DNA from: an uncultured Spirochaetota bacterium | Lineage (GTDB): Bacteria > Spirochaetota > Spirochaetia > SZUA-6 > Fen-1364 | Assembly: GCA_963820525.1 (NCBI GenBank) | Contig: CAWGAA010000001.1 | Coordinates: 2,272,001-2,336,000, forward strand | DNA length: 64,000 nt | Reading direction: 5' to 3' | Shown here: positions 1-10,909 of the stretch, piece after piece | How the letters are laid out: every line of letters begins with the position of its first letter | How positions within the stretch are numbered: the stretch's first letter is position 1 | Notes under the pieces: model-generated | Databases searched by the model: none | Seen by the model: only the letters and a program-made list of their open reading frames with translations | Told to the model about the DNA's origin: nothing | Made by a program: the position numbers and the translations under genes

Positions 1-146
1 GAGAGAATCTTCGCCCGGGCTTCGGTTGAACGGATCATGCGGGCATGCAGGAGGCCCTCCACGCGGAGGTCAGCGAGGTAAGCGGCCTCGCCGCGCGCTT
101 TTTCGGCGGCATCGACCCGCTGGACCGGAGCGCTGATGTCGCTCAT
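1..146 (-). CDS. Xanthine dehydrogenase family molybdopterin-binding subunit, N-terminus (runs off the window edge)
   Basis: Manual translation from ATG at 146: MSDISAPVQRVDAAEKARGEAAYLADLRVEGLLHARMIRSTEARAKIL, matching the R-x-D-A-x-x-K-x-x-G-x-A-x-Y-x-x-D hammerhead start of XdhA-type subunits; lies directly downstream of ygeY. Not in the ORF track. Confidence 0.8.
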   Translation of the reverse strand, partial: MSDISAPVQRVDAAEKARGEAAYLADLRVEGLLHARMIRSTEARAKIL

Positions 147-1343
147 TGCGCCCGCCTTTTTTCTAGAGAGGGGAAGCATCGCGTAGAAGGCACTGGCCGT
201 CTCCAGATCGGCGATTCTGGTGAACTCGTTCGGCGCATGGGCCTGCTCCTCATCCCCGGGTCCGAAGCCGATGCAGGGAATCCCATGCATGCCGCAAATG
301 GCAACACAGTTGGTTGAAAAGGTCCACTTCCCGATTCGGGGGTCGGACCCGAAGAGCGCCCGATGCGCCTCCCGTCCTGCCGCGACCAGGGGATGGCTCT
401 CCTCGATCTTCCAGGTCGGGAAGTACAGCTCCTGTCCATACTCGACGCCCTTCCAGCTCGCCCGCCTGAAGGAGGGCATCCGCACGTTCGAGACGTCGCC
501 GCCCAGGCACCGGCGTATCTGGTCCAGGGCGGCCTCGGCCGTTTCGCCCCAGGCCAGCCTTCTGTCCATATAGATCAAGCCCTGATCCGGAACGGCGCAG
601 AGGCTGGGCCCATGCACCTCCACGCGAGAGACGGTCACCGTTCCCCTGCCCAGAAACTCGTCTCCGGAAAGCTCCCCGTTGAGCCGCTCCACGGCCAGAG
701 CCGCGCGGGCCGCCATGTAGGCGGCGCTCCTTCCCCTCTCGGGGGCGCTGCCGTGGGCGGAGACGCCCCGCACCTCAGCCTCTATCTCCATCCTCCCCCT
801 CTGGCCCCGGTACAGCCGGCAGGAGGTGGGCTCGGTGGAGACCGCCATCTCGGGAGAAAGCCCCTCTTTCTCGATCAGGTACCTCCAGCACAGCCCGTCG
901 CAGTCCTCTTCTAGCACCGTAAAGGTAAAAAAAAGAGTCATCTCGCTCTCGTATCCCAGGTCCTTGAGGATCCTTCCCGCCGCGATCATCGCGGCGGCCC
1001 CTCCCTTCTGGTCCGCGGAGCCGCGGCCGTAAACCCTGCCCTCCGAGACGGCGCCGGAGAAGGGGTCCATTTCCCACTGGGCGCGGTCTCCCACGCCGAC
1101 GGTGTCGATGTGCGCGTCAAAGGCGAGCGTTCGCGGGCCGTCGCCGATGCTCGCCACGACGTTGCCCAGGCCGTCGATGCTCACCCGGTCGAAGCCCGCC
1201 TCCCTGCAGAGGCCCTCGACGGCGAGGCACACCTTTTCCTCCTGCCCGCTGGGCGAGGGAATCTTCACGAGAGCGGAAAGAGTCTGGGCCGTGAAATCTC
1301 GATAGGCGCGGGCTTTCGCCCTGATGGAATCGGGGGCACTCAT
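143..1343 (-). CDS. ygeY: YgeY family M20 metallo-hydrolase; no in-frame stop as assembled (reads into the Xdh gene)
   Basis: Manual translation from ATG 1343: MSAPDSIRAKA...LAFDAHIDTVGVG...GRGSADQKGG...VLEEDCDGLCWRY...TEPT...RGQRGRMEI...SAHGSAPERG...WTFSTN...IGFGPGDEEQAHAPNE. Missing from the ORF track because the frame stays open to the window edge. A TGA at 143-145 in a neighbouring frame is the probable true stop. Confidence 0.88.
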
Positions 1344-1479
1344 ACCTGGGCCAAATTATCCTCCCATTGCCGGCCTCGCGCAAGAAGCCCGCCGCGGGCC
1401 CGCCCATCGTGCGGAGCCTCGGCGGCCGCCGCCACCCTTGCCTCTCATAGCCCTTTCATACTACAGATTCTCCCGACAT

Positions 1480-4400
1480 ATGCGCACCGCTCTGCACGCC
1501 GGAATCGACGTCGGCTCAACCACCGTCAAGCTCGCCATCCTCGACGCATCGGACGACCTTGTCTGGTCCTCGTACCAGCGTCACAGGTCCGACATCCGCG
1601 GCGCGCTCATCGGCGTCATCGAATCGGCGTGCGACGAGCTTGCCCGCACGTTTCCCGGCGCCCCTCTCACCGTCTCGGTCACGGGCTCCGGAGGCCTCTC
1701 CGTCTCGCACTGGCTGGAGCTTCCCTTCGTGCAGGAGGTGGTTGCGGGCTCCAAGGCCATTAAAAGGTTCCTTCCCACCGCCGACGTGGCCATCGAGCTC
1801 GGCGGGGAGGATGCCAAGATCATCTATTTCTCGGGCGGCCTCGAGCAGCGGATGAACGGCACATGCGCCGGCGGGACCGGGGCATTCATCGACCAGATGG
1901 CGGGCCTCCTCCAGACGGACGCGGGCGGTCTGAACGAGCTGGCGCGCGGCCACTCGACGATATACCCCATCGCGGCGCGCTGCGGCGTTTTCGCCAAAAC
2001 CGACGTTCAGCCCCTCATCAATGAGGGCGCCCGCAGGGAGGACATCGCGGCGAGCATCCTTCAAGCCGTGGTCAACCAGACGATCTCGGGCCTCGCCTGC
2101 GGAAAGCCGATCAGGGGCAACGTCGCCTTCCTCGGCGGTCCGCTCGCCTTCCTTCCCTGAAACCCGCAGGCGATTCATCGAGACCCTCGCGCTTGCCCCA
2201 GAAGAGGCGCTCGTCCCCAAGCATCCCCAGCTCTTTCCCGCGATCGGCGCTGCCCTCCTTTCCCGGGGCCGCGAGCCCATTTCCGTTGAGGAGCTTGGAG
2301 AGAGGGCCCGCGCATTGTGCCGTGAAGCCGTCCGCGAGATCGCACGTCTGCGGCCCCTCTTCGAGAGCGCGGGGGAGCACGAAGCGTTCCGCGAGAGGCA
2401 CGCCAGGACCTGCGCTCCGCGGGCGGAGCTTGCCTCGGTGGAAGGACCCTGCTACCTCGGAATCGACGCGGGCTCGACCACGACCAAGGCGGTTCTTCTC
2501 GACTCGAACGGCGCCGTCGCCTGGAGCTTCTACGCGGGAAACGCCGGCAATCCCCTCTCCCTTGCCATCGAGACGGTCAAGGACCTCTACCGCCGCTTGC
2601 CCGCGGGGGCGTGGATCGCCCGATCGTGCGCCACGGGCTACGGCGAGGCGCTCATCAAGGCAGCCCTCGTCATGGACATGGGAGAGGTCGAGACCATCGC
2701 CCATTTCACGGCGGCGCGCGCCATCCTTCCCGGAGTGAGCGCCATTCTCGACATCGGAGGACAGGACATGAAGTTCCTCCGGATCAAGGACGGAGCGATC
2801 TCCTCGATACTGTTGAACGAGGCCTGCTCCTCCGGCTGCGGCTCCTTCCTGGAGACCTTTGCCCGCTCCCTCGGCCGCGACATCCGGGAGCTCGCTGCGG
2901 AGGCCCACGATTCGGAGGCGCCGGTGGACCTCGGCTCCCGCTGCACCGTATTCATGAACTCGCGCGTGAAGCAGGCCCAAAAGGAAGGGGCGAGCGTCGC
3001 CGATATCTCCGCCGGGCTTTCATATTCGGTGATCAAGAACGCCCTGCAGAAAGTGATCCGGCTCCGCGACCCGAGCGAGCTCGGCGAAAGGGTTGTCGTT
3101 CAGGGAGGCACCAGCCAACGACGCGGTGTTGCGCGCCTTCGAGCTCGTGTCGGGCAGGGAGCCAATCAGACCCGACGTTGCGGGGATCATGGGCGCGCTC
3201 GGCGCGGCTCTCCTTGCGCGCCGGAGCGCGATGGACGCCGGGGTGTCCCTCGAAAGCAAAGACGGTTCCGTGCCCGCGCGCGTAGCCCCCTCCGCCATGC
3301 TCAGCCTCACGCAGCTCGAGCGCCTCTGCACATTCACCGACATGGAGCGCTGCGGGCGATGCGCCAACAACTGCCTTCTCACCATCACCAGATTCTCCGA
3401 TGGCAGGAAGTTCGTGTCGGGAAACCGCTGCGAGCGGGGAGAGAGGGCGGGCGACGCTCCGCAGAGCGATGGAGCGGGGGCGGCGCCGGGTGCGCGCGAC
3501 AAGGCGGCGCCCCGACGCGAAAGCGCTCACGATGCGGCGGCGCCCATTCCCAACCTCTACGCGTGGAAGCTGGCACGGCTCTTCAGCTACGCTACCCTCG
3601 ATCCGAGGTTAGCCCCGCGGGGCAGGGTGGGTATTCCGCGGGTCCTCAACCTCTATGAAACGTATCCCTTCTGGCACACGTTCTTTACTCATCTCGGCTT
3701 TTCCGTGAGGCTTTCGCCGCGATCTTCCAAGCGCGTATATGAAGCCGGCATCGATTCCATCCCTTCCGAGTCGGCATGCTATCCGGCGAAACTGGTTCAC
3801 GGCCACATCGTGAGGCTGATGGAAGAGGGAATGCCCCTCATCTTCTACCCCTGCGCTCCTTACAGCCCAAAGGAAGACCCGGGGGCCGGCAACCACTTCA
3901 ACTGCCCCATCGTCACCTCCTACCCCGAGGTTGTGCTGAATAACATCGACGGAATCCGCTTGGGCAAAGCGTACAGGAACCCGTTCCTTCCCATGGACAA
4001 CCCCCGGCGGCTTTCGGCACGGCTCTTCGAGGAGCTGGGAGACCTGGGCATCTCGCGCGGGGAGATCGACGCGGCGGTCGGCTCAGCCTGGCGCGAGCAA
4101 GCCGCCTTCAAGGCTGAGGTGCGGGCGCGGGGCGAGGAGATTCTGGCCGAGATGGAGCGGCGGGGCCTGACCGGCATCGTCCTGGCCGGAAGGCCCTACC
4201 ATAGTGACCCGGAGATCAACCACGGGATCGACGAGCTTGCCGCCTCCCTCGGGCTTGCCGTCCTGAGCGAAGACTCGGTGGCACATCTCGGCAGGATCGA
4301 GCGGCCGCTTCGCGTGGTGGACCAGTGGGTCTATCATACCCGGCTCTACGCGGCCGCGAGCTTCGTGGCCGGACGCGCGGACCTGGAGCTCGTGCAGCTC

Positions 4401-5915
4401 AACTCTTTCGGCTGCGGGCTGGACGCCGTCACGACGGACCAGGTGGAAGAGATCCTCCGCCGCCGAGGCAAGCTTTACACGACGATCAAGATCGACGAGC
4501 AGTCCAACCTGGGCGCAGCGCGCATCAGGCTGAGATCCCTCATCGCCGCCATGGCCGCGCGCAGGAGCTCCGGCAGCTTTGCGGGCGGCTCGACGCGGAG
4601 CGCCCCGTCCGCAGATTCTTCCATGCCCGGCAGGGTCCCTTTCACCAAGGCCATGAAAGATTCCTGCACGATCCTGGCCCCGCAGATGTCGCCCATCCAC
4701 TTCCGCATCCTCGAGGAGGCCTTCCGCCTGTCCGGGTACAGGACGGAGATCCTCCCCGACGTCGACAGGAGCGCCGTGGAAGTCGGACTCACCTATGTGA
4801 ACAATGACGCCTGCTACCCCTCCATCCTTGTGGTAGGCCAGCTCATGGAGGCGCTGCGCTCGGGACGATACGATCCCTCGCGTACCGCCTTGCTCATCAC
4901 CCAGACCGGCGGTGGGTGCCGCGCCACAAACTACATCAGCTTCATCAGAAAGGCCCTCGCAGATTCGGGCTTTGCTAAGGTTCCCGTGATAAGCCTGAGC
5001 GCCCTGGGTCTTGAGAAGAACCCCGGCTTCCGCCTCTCTCCGCGTCTGGTCATCCGAGGGCTCATGGGCCTGGTCTACGGGGACCTTCTCATGCGCATGC
5101 TCTATCGGGTCCGACCCTACGAGCGCGAGCCCGGCTCAGCCGACCGTCTCTGCCGCCAGTGGACGGCGCGCTGCCGGGCTTCCTTGGAGCACGCGAGCTT
5201 CATCGCATTCCATCACACGATCCGCCGGATGGTCAGGGCCTTCGACACGCTCGCGATCAGTGAGGAGAGCAAGCCCCGCGTGGGAGTCGTGGGGGAGATC
5301 CTGGTCAAGTTCCATCCCACGGCGAACAACAGAATCGTCGATGTGCTGGAAGCCGAGGGGGCGGAAGCGGTTGTGCCTGACTTGATAGATTTCTTCCTCT
5401 ATGGATTCACCGGAAACCAGTTCCGAAGACGGAAGCTCGCCGGAACAACAAAAGGGGCCCTGCTTTCCCGGATGGGAATAGCCTGCGTGGAGCTGTTCCG
5501 TTGGCGGATGAAGCGGGAGCTGGCCCGTTCCCGGCGTTTCAGCCCTCCCCATTCGATCTACCGGATGGCCCGGAGCGTGGATGGGATCGTGCAGCTCGGC
5601 AACATGACGGGTGAGGGATGGCTCCTCACGGCCGAGATGGTGGAGCTGATTGAAAGCGGCGTGACATCAATTGCCTGCATCCAGCCATTTGCCTGCATGC
5701 CCAACCATGTCACCGGCAAGGGGATGATCAAGGAGCTTCGAAGGCGCTATCCTCAAGCGAACATCGCTGCAATCGATTACGATCCTGGCTCAAGCGAGGT
5801 GAACCAGCTCAACCGGCTGAAGCTGCTCCTGGCGGGCGCCCACGAGGCGCATGCGGCAGCGCTCCAGCACGCGGCTCGCGAGCCGCAAGCGGCGGCGCTC
5901 CACGGCGGGCTGTAG
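1480..5915 (+). pseudogene. plsA: Acyl-CoA dehydratase activase-type multidomain protein (two ASKHA ATPase domains + DUF2229/reductase domains; plasmalogen synthase PlsA / glycerol ester reductase-like), split by frameshifts near 2157 and 3113
   Basis: Three consecutive frames join into one protein: GIDVGSTTVK...MNGTCAGGTGAFIDQMA...RCGVF (ATPase 1); [10 protein letters not shown]...[14 protein letters not shown]...GSRCTVF (ATPase 2); [64 protein letters not shown] (reductase part). The breaks may be assembly indels. Confidence 0.8.
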
Positions 5916-5925
5916 CGGAGGCGTC

Positions 5926-6729
5926 ATGAAAAAAAGGCTTCTCCTGGCGCTATCGGCGATCTCCATGGCCTTCTTCTTCTACGAGAGCGCCCTCCGAACC
6001 CTCCTCACCCCAATCATGGTGCTTCCCGACCTCGCAGGCGGCATCCCAGGCCAGACGCTCATTCTCGTAGTCTTCAGCCTCAGCCACTCGATGTATGCGC
6101 TGGGCTGGAGGAATACCCTCGTCTTTTTTGGTTCCGGCGCGGTCATCTCCTGGGTCTCTGAGCAGATCGGCGTGGCGACGGGCATCGTATTTGGCGCCTA
6201 CCATTACACGGAGGTTCTGGGGCCGAAGCTGGGGTTCGTGCCGCTGCTCATTCCGCTGGCCTGGTTCATGATGATCTACCCCAGCTACGTGATCGCGAAT
6301 CTTGTCGGCGGTGACAGGCCCACGGGAAGCCCGAAGAGCCTGGGTGGGTCGGTCCTGGCTGCCGTGCTGAGCGGGATGGTTATGACGGCATGGGACGTCG
6401 TAATGGACCCGCTCATGTCCAGGCCCAGGGTCGGCGCCTGGGTCTGGGAGAACGGCGGCCCCTACTTTGGAATTCCTCTTCGAAACTTTGCGGGCTGGAT
6501 GCTCACCACCTTCACCGTGTTCCTCGTCTATCGTCTCTTCGAGCGCCGGCTGGGCCCGCAGCCCGCCGGGCCCGTCACGGGCCCCGTCGCGGCCATGCCT
6601 CTGGTTGCGTACGGATCCGTCATGATCTCCAGCTGTCTCGAGAACGATGCCCGAGCGCTTCTCTTGATCGGCCTGTTCGCCATGGGACTTCCCCTCCTGG
6701 GAGCGACGACCCGCCTCGTGAAAAAATAG
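5926..6729 (+). CDS. CruF/DUF422 family (carotenoid hydratase-like) membrane protein
   Basis: SEQIGVATGIVFGAYHYT..LGPKLGFVPLLIPLAWFMMIY and WDVVMDP..WVWENGGPYFGIPLRNFAGW motifs; multi-TM; GGAGG RBS; starts 10 nt after the previous stop. Confidence 0.8.
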   Translation: MKKRLLLALSAISMAFFFYESALRTLLTPIMVLPDLAGGIPGQTLILVVFSLSHSMYALGWRNTLVFFGSGAVISWVSEQIGVATGIVFGAYHYTEVLGPKLGFVPLLIPLAWFMMIYPSYVIANLVGGDRPTGSPKSLGGSVLAAVLSGMVMTAWDVVMDPLMSRPRVGAWVWENGGPYFGIPLRNFAGWMLTTFTVFLVYRLFERRLGPQPAGPVTGPVAAMPLVAYGSVMISSCLENDARALLLIGLFAMGLPLLGATTRLVKK

Positions 6730-6800
6730 GTTGCCTCCCGAAGGGAGTCGAGTGCAAATTCGACGTTATCCCGAGCGCATTCAGGAAGGGAGGAAGATCG

Positions 6801-7259
6801 ATGTACGATACGAAAAAGGATATCCTCAAGGCTCTGGCATCCACGCCAAAGGCGCTCGCCGCGCTTCTCCCTGCGGTTCTGGCGCGGCAGTCGAAGAGGA
6901 CGAGCCCCGCTTCCGCCGTGTGGTCAGCCGTCGAGATCGTCTGCCACCTGCGGGACGCCGAAGAGAGGGCCCTGGAGAGAACCCGGCGGATGCGAAACGA
7001 ATCGAACCCCTTCATCAAGGGCTACGACCAGGATCAGCTTGCGCGGGAGCGCAACTACAAGGCCGACGATCCAGAAAAAGCGCTCTCCGCGTTCACCTCC
7101 TTCCGCCAGGAGCACATCGCGGAGCTTGAAAGCCTTCCGTTCCCGGATTGGGAAAGGACGGGGGAGCACGAGGAGATGGGAAGGATCACGATCCTGGCCC
7201 ACGCGCTGCACATCGTATCGCACGATCTGAACCATCTCGCCCAGCTTTCAGCGTCGTAA
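6801..7259 (+). CDS. DinB family protein
   Basis: WSAVEIVCHLRDAE and HDLNHLAQL His motifs; GGGAGG before ATG 6801. Confidence 0.85.
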   Translation: MYDTKKDILKALASTPKALAALLPAVLARQSKRTSPASAVWSAVEIVCHLRDAEERALERTRRMRNESNPFIKGYDQDQLARERNYKADDPEKALSAFTSFRQEHIAELESLPFPDWERTGEHEEMGRITILAHALHIVSHDLNHLAQLSAS

Positions 7260-7538
7260 GATGACTTTTAGTTGTGGCGTCGGGGCGATTCATCCCGGTC
7301 CCGCCGCCCCCGGCGGCTTCCCCATGACGCGTACAACGTGCAGGCTGCACGCGGGCTGTGGCCCGGGTCCCTCGTCGCTGGAGCTGCGCGCCCATCGTCT
7401 CCCGGGAGGAGGCCTTTACGCGCACGATGGAGTGGCTGCGCCGGCAGGAGGAAATCTCCCAAGGTCGGAAGCCTCGATATCTGGAGGCTCGGGGCTGAAA
7501 TCCCGCCAAAAGGGATTATCTTTCACTTGGTGATCACC

Positions 7539-8294
7539 ATGCGCTGGCGGATCTCGGCTTGTCTTTCGATGCTCTGGCTCTCCATTGCGGCATTCCCCCC
7601 GCCTTCCCACGCGGACAGCTCATCCCTCAATTTTCTCAACAGGATCCTGGGATGGAACGAGGGGGAGGCGGCGAAAAGCACGGAGAGGCTCTCCAGCGGA
7701 AGGATTCTCCTCACGGATGATCCGGCAAGCTACGCCATAGACCAGACGCTGGAAAAGTACGTTCGGGGATTGGACAGGATCATGCTGAACAGGACCGACA
7801 TGATCTCCTACTACCGCGTGCAGGACTCCTACCTGGCCGGCGTGATCGACATCCTCCAGCGGATCAGGGACCTGGCATTCCAGCGCGCCAACGGCATCCT
7901 CTCTGATTCCGACAGGGAGCTCATTGACGCCGAGATCGGCCAGCAGTATGACGAAATTGTCTTCACCCTCGCCCGGGCCGAGTTCAACAAGAAGAAGATA
8001 TTCGAGGACCTGATGGAATCCGAAATCGTGCGCAGTAACTTCACGCAGGAGAAATACTTCCGTCTCGAGAACATAGATTCGCTCCTGAGCTTTTTCATAC
8101 GCCAGCGGGCCGCTGCCGGGGCGAAGATGAAGGGCCTCGAGTTCGCCATCCCCGGCGAAGCGATTGCCCGCGAGAACATGATCAGCGCTCAAACCCACCA
8201 GGACACTGATTTCGCAAGCGAAGTGAGCGCATTCAAGAAGAACCAGCTTCTGATACTCGTGAACATCCTGATGCTCGAGCACACCGGGCCCTGA
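7539..8294 (+). CDS. Divergent flagellin homologue with predicted N-terminal Sec signal peptide
   Basis: KSTERLSSGR..DDPASYAI, ILQRIRDLAFQRANGILSDSDRELIDAEI, AEFNKKKIF (flagellin N domain); QRAAAGAKMKGLE..ENMISAQ..DTDFASEV (C domain); preceded by MRWRISACLSMLWLSIAAFPPPSHA. Confidence 0.78.
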   Translation: MRWRISACLSMLWLSIAAFPPPSHADSSSLNFLNRILGWNEGEAAKSTERLSSGRILLTDDPASYAIDQTLEKYVRGLDRIMLNRTDMISYYRVQDSYLAGVIDILQRIRDLAFQRANGILSDSDRELIDAEIGQQYDEIVFTLARAEFNKKKIFEDLMESEIVRSNFTQEKYFRLENIDSLLSFFIRQRAAAGAKMKGLEFAIPGEAIARENMISAQTHQDTDFASEVSAFKKNQLLILVNILMLEHTGP

Positions 8295-8442
8295 CGTGAC
8301 AACGACGCCTTCGATGTCAAGGACCGCATGGAGCTTATCCAGAAGCTGCGCGGCGCTTGGCCTATGGTCATGCGATGAGGGGGAGCGAGTTCGGCTTCTT
8401 TGTGTCGATCAGTTGAAAACCGAGGGATCCAATCAAAAAAGC

Positions 8443-8471
8443 TTGCAAAATGCGCGCATCGCTTATATACT
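8443..8471 (+). promoter_or_regulatory. Sigma70-type promoter of the TRAP operon
   Basis: TTGCAA (8443-8448), 17-nt spacer, TATACT (8466-8471). Confidence 0.7.
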
Positions 8472-8489
8472 GTGGCTCTATCGGAACCA

Positions 8490-8508
8490 TGTTTCACTTA
8501 GTGAAACA
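8490..8508. promoter_or_regulatory. Palindromic operator, probably for the IclR/KdgR-like regulator
   Basis: Perfect 9-1-9 dyad TGTTTCACT-T-AGTGAAACA between the promoter and the AAGGAGG RBS; a 15/19 match lies upstream of kduI. Confidence 0.72.
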
Positions 8509-8537
8509 GGCATTAGCCACTATTTAAAGGAGGTTTT

Positions 8538-9518
8538 ATGAAGAGAATCATGTTTTTGTTCCTCATGGTCGCCGTTGCGTCATTTGCGTTCGCGGCAGAT
8601 AAGGTCATCGAGCTCAAGTTCGGTCATTACTCGGTGGAGAGTCATCCCGCCCATCTCGCAGCCGTCATGCTGGCGGACAATGTGGCCGCGCGCACCGGCG
8701 GCGCCGTCAAGATCACGATCTTTCCCAACAGCAAGCTCGGCAGCTCTCAGGAGATGTTGGAGCAGACCGTGCTCGGCGCCCTCGACCTGGTGATCCCGAC
8801 CGAACCGGCGCTCGCCAAATACTCGGCGAAGTTCAACCTCGTCGGCGCTCCTTTCGCCTTCAAGGATTACGCGGCAACCGATAGATTTTTCGCAGGCCCA
8901 TTCCTCGCGTGGGTCGTTCCCGATCTCGACAAGGCCGGCCTGCAGTATATTGCCCGCTGGGAGTGGGGCTTCCGAACCTATACCAATTCCAAACGGCCGA
9001 TCCAGAAGCCGGAAGACATGAAGGGGCTCAAGATTCGAACGCCTCCCGACTTCGTGAACCAGGAGACGGTCAAGGCGCTCGGCGGAATAGCTCAAACCAT
9101 CGCGTTCGCTGAGCTCCCGATGGCCTTGAAACAGGGCGTCATCGACGGCCAGGAAAACCCGATCGGCGTCATCTACTCGGGCAAGATGTACGAAACGCAG
9201 AAGTACCTGTCCATCCTCAACTATACTTACGTCGGCACCCACCTTGTCATGAACAAGGCCTCTTTCCAGCGGCTCACAAAGGACCAGCAGAAGATCCTCT
9301 TGGAAGAGGCGAAAAAAGCGGGCGACTTCATGATCAAGTCGGTCCGCGATCAGGAAGCCGGCCAGATCGCCGAGATGAAGAAGCTCGGTATGCAAGTCAA
9401 TTATCCCGACACGGCCCCCTTCAAGGCCGCCACCACGGCGGTTTATGATGCGCTCAAAGCCCAGGTCGGAGAGGCCGACTACAAGACCTTCATGGAAATG
9501 CTCGACAAGAGCAAGTAA
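8538..9518 (+). CDS. dctP: TRAP transporter substrate-binding protein
   Basis: Signal peptide; IFPNSKLG, WGFR, DMKGLKIRTP, ALKQGVIDGQENP. Confidence 0.95.
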   Translation: MKRIMFLFLMVAVASFAFAADKVIELKFGHYSVESHPAHLAAVMLADNVAARTGGAVKITIFPNSKLGSSQEMLEQTVLGALDLVIPTEPALAKYSAKFNLVGAPFAFKDYAATDRFFAGPFLAWVVPDLDKAGLQYIARWEWGFRTYTNSKRPIQKPEDMKGLKIRTPPDFVNQETVKALGGIAQTIAFAELPMALKQGVIDGQENPIGVIYSGKMYETQKYLSILNYTYVGTHLVMNKASFQRLTKDQQKILLEEAKKAGDFMIKSVRDQEAGQIAEMKKLGMQVNYPDTAPFKAATTAVYDALKAQVGEADYKTFMEMLDKSK

Positions 9519-9538
9519 GCAGGCTTCCGGGAGCTTCC

Positions 9539-9570
9539 GGCGGGGTGTCCAGCGGGGCGCCCCGCCTTTG
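9539..9570 (+). terminator. GC-rich hairpin after dctP (partial terminator or mRNA stabiliser)
   Basis: GGCGGGGTGTCC...GGGCGCCCCGCC followed by TTTG. Confidence 0.45.
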
Positions 9571-9605
9571 TATCGGCCAGCGGCTCGCCACCCAGGGAGA
9601 ACGAC

Positions 9606-10895
9606 ATGCTCACCGTTTCAGTTTTCGTGGTGCTCCTGCTCCTCATCCTGATAGACCTTCCGATCGTGGTTGCCATCGGCCTCACGGCGGTGATCTTTTT
9701 CGTCGGCCTGGGCCAGGGCACCTTCCTCGCCATGCTGCCCCAGCGGATGTATTCGGGAACCACGGGCTTCACCCTGCTCGCCATCCCCTTTTTCATTCTC
9801 GCCGGCAACCTCATGAACAGCGGCGGGATTACCAGCCGCATCTTCCGCTTTGCCAAGGCCCTGGTCGGGCACGTCCCCGGCGGCCTCGGCCAGGTGTCTG
9901 TCATCTCCTCGATGATCTTCTCCGGCATGTCCGGCTCCGCCGTCGCCGACGCCGCCGGCCTCGGGCAGATCCAGCACAAGGCCATGGTCGACAACGGCTA
10001 CAAGCCCACGATCTCCGCCGCCATCGTCGCCTCGGCATCCACAATCGGGCCCGTCATCCCGCCTTCCATCCCCTTCGTCCTCTACGGGGCTCTCACCACG
10101 GTGTCGGTGGCGCGCCTGTTCCTGGCGGGCTTCGTCCCCGGCGTCCTCATGGGGCTTGCGCTCATGATCGCGATCGCGATCATGGCGAAGCCGCGAGGCT
10201 TTCCCCGATCCACTCGGGCGCGCTTCAGGGAAGTCCTGGTGAGCTTCAAAGAAGCGTTGCTCCCGCTTCTCGCGCCGGTCATCATCATCGGCGGCATTCT
10301 CTCCGGCATCTTCACGCCCACCGAGGCGTCCGTCGTCGTGTGCCTCTACGCGCTTTTCCTGGGCTTCCTCTACAAGGACCTCAAGCTGAAGGACCTGCCC
10401 GACATCTTCTGGCAGTCGATCAAGCAGTCCGTGTCGCTTCTGTTCATCATCGCGGCGGCCAACTTCTTCGGGTGGCTGGCGATCTACCAGAGGATCCCCG
10501 ACAACATCATTGAAACCCTCACCAGCTTCAGCGCGACGGGCCCGGGCATCATGGCCATGATCATCGTCATCGTCATCATCCTCGGCTGCTTCATCGAAGG
10601 AAACGCGATCTTCCTCATCACGATTCCCATCTTCCTTCCGATCGCCAAACAGTACGGCTTCGACCTCGTCAACCTCGGCGTCGTGATGACGCTGCTCATC
10701 ATGATCGGAAACCTCACCCCACCTGTCGGCATGTGCCTATTCGCCGTGTCGAGCTTCAGCAAGATCGGCATCGGAGAGCTGGCCAGGGAATCGTGGCCGT
10801 ACATCCTCGGCATCCTCATCGTCACGATCCTCATCGCGTATGTCCCGCAGATCGCCACTTTCCTGCCGAACGCGGTGATGGGCCCGGGACAGTAA
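9606..10895 (+). CDS. dctM: TRAP transporter large permease
   Basis: LLAIPFFILAGNLM, SGMSGSAVADAA, IPPSIPF, GIFTPTEAS, TPPVGM. Confidence 0.95.
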   Translation: MLTVSVFVVLLLLILIDLPIVVAIGLTAVIFFVGLGQGTFLAMLPQRMYSGTTGFTLLAIPFFILAGNLMNSGGITSRIFRFAKALVGHVPGGLGQVSVISSMIFSGMSGSAVADAAGLGQIQHKAMVDNGYKPTISAAIVASASTIGPVIPPSIPFVLYGALTTVSVARLFLAGFVPGVLMGLALMIAIAIMAKPRGFPRSTRARFREVLVSFKEALLPLLAPVIIIGGILSGIFTPTEASVVVCLYALFLGFLYKDLKLKDLPDIFWQSIKQSVSLLFIIAAANFFGWLAIYQRIPDNIIETLTSFSATGPGIMAMIIVIVIILGCFIEGNAIFLITIPIFLPIAKQYGFDLVNLGVVMTLLIMIGNLTPPVGMCLFAVSSFSKIGIGELARESWPYILGILIVTILIAYVPQIATFLPNAVMGPGQ

Positions 10896-10909
10896 GGAGC
10901 CAGTGATAT

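Noticed and set aside
2158..2160. TGA in the plsA-like gene as possible selenocysteine
   Set aside because: Homology continues in a different frame, so readthrough would not restore the protein; deleting one C does.
7260..7538. Possible riboswitch or sRNA upstream of the flagellin-like gene
   Set aside because: Only short GC hairpins; no recognisable Rfam consensus by eye. An Infernal search would settle it.
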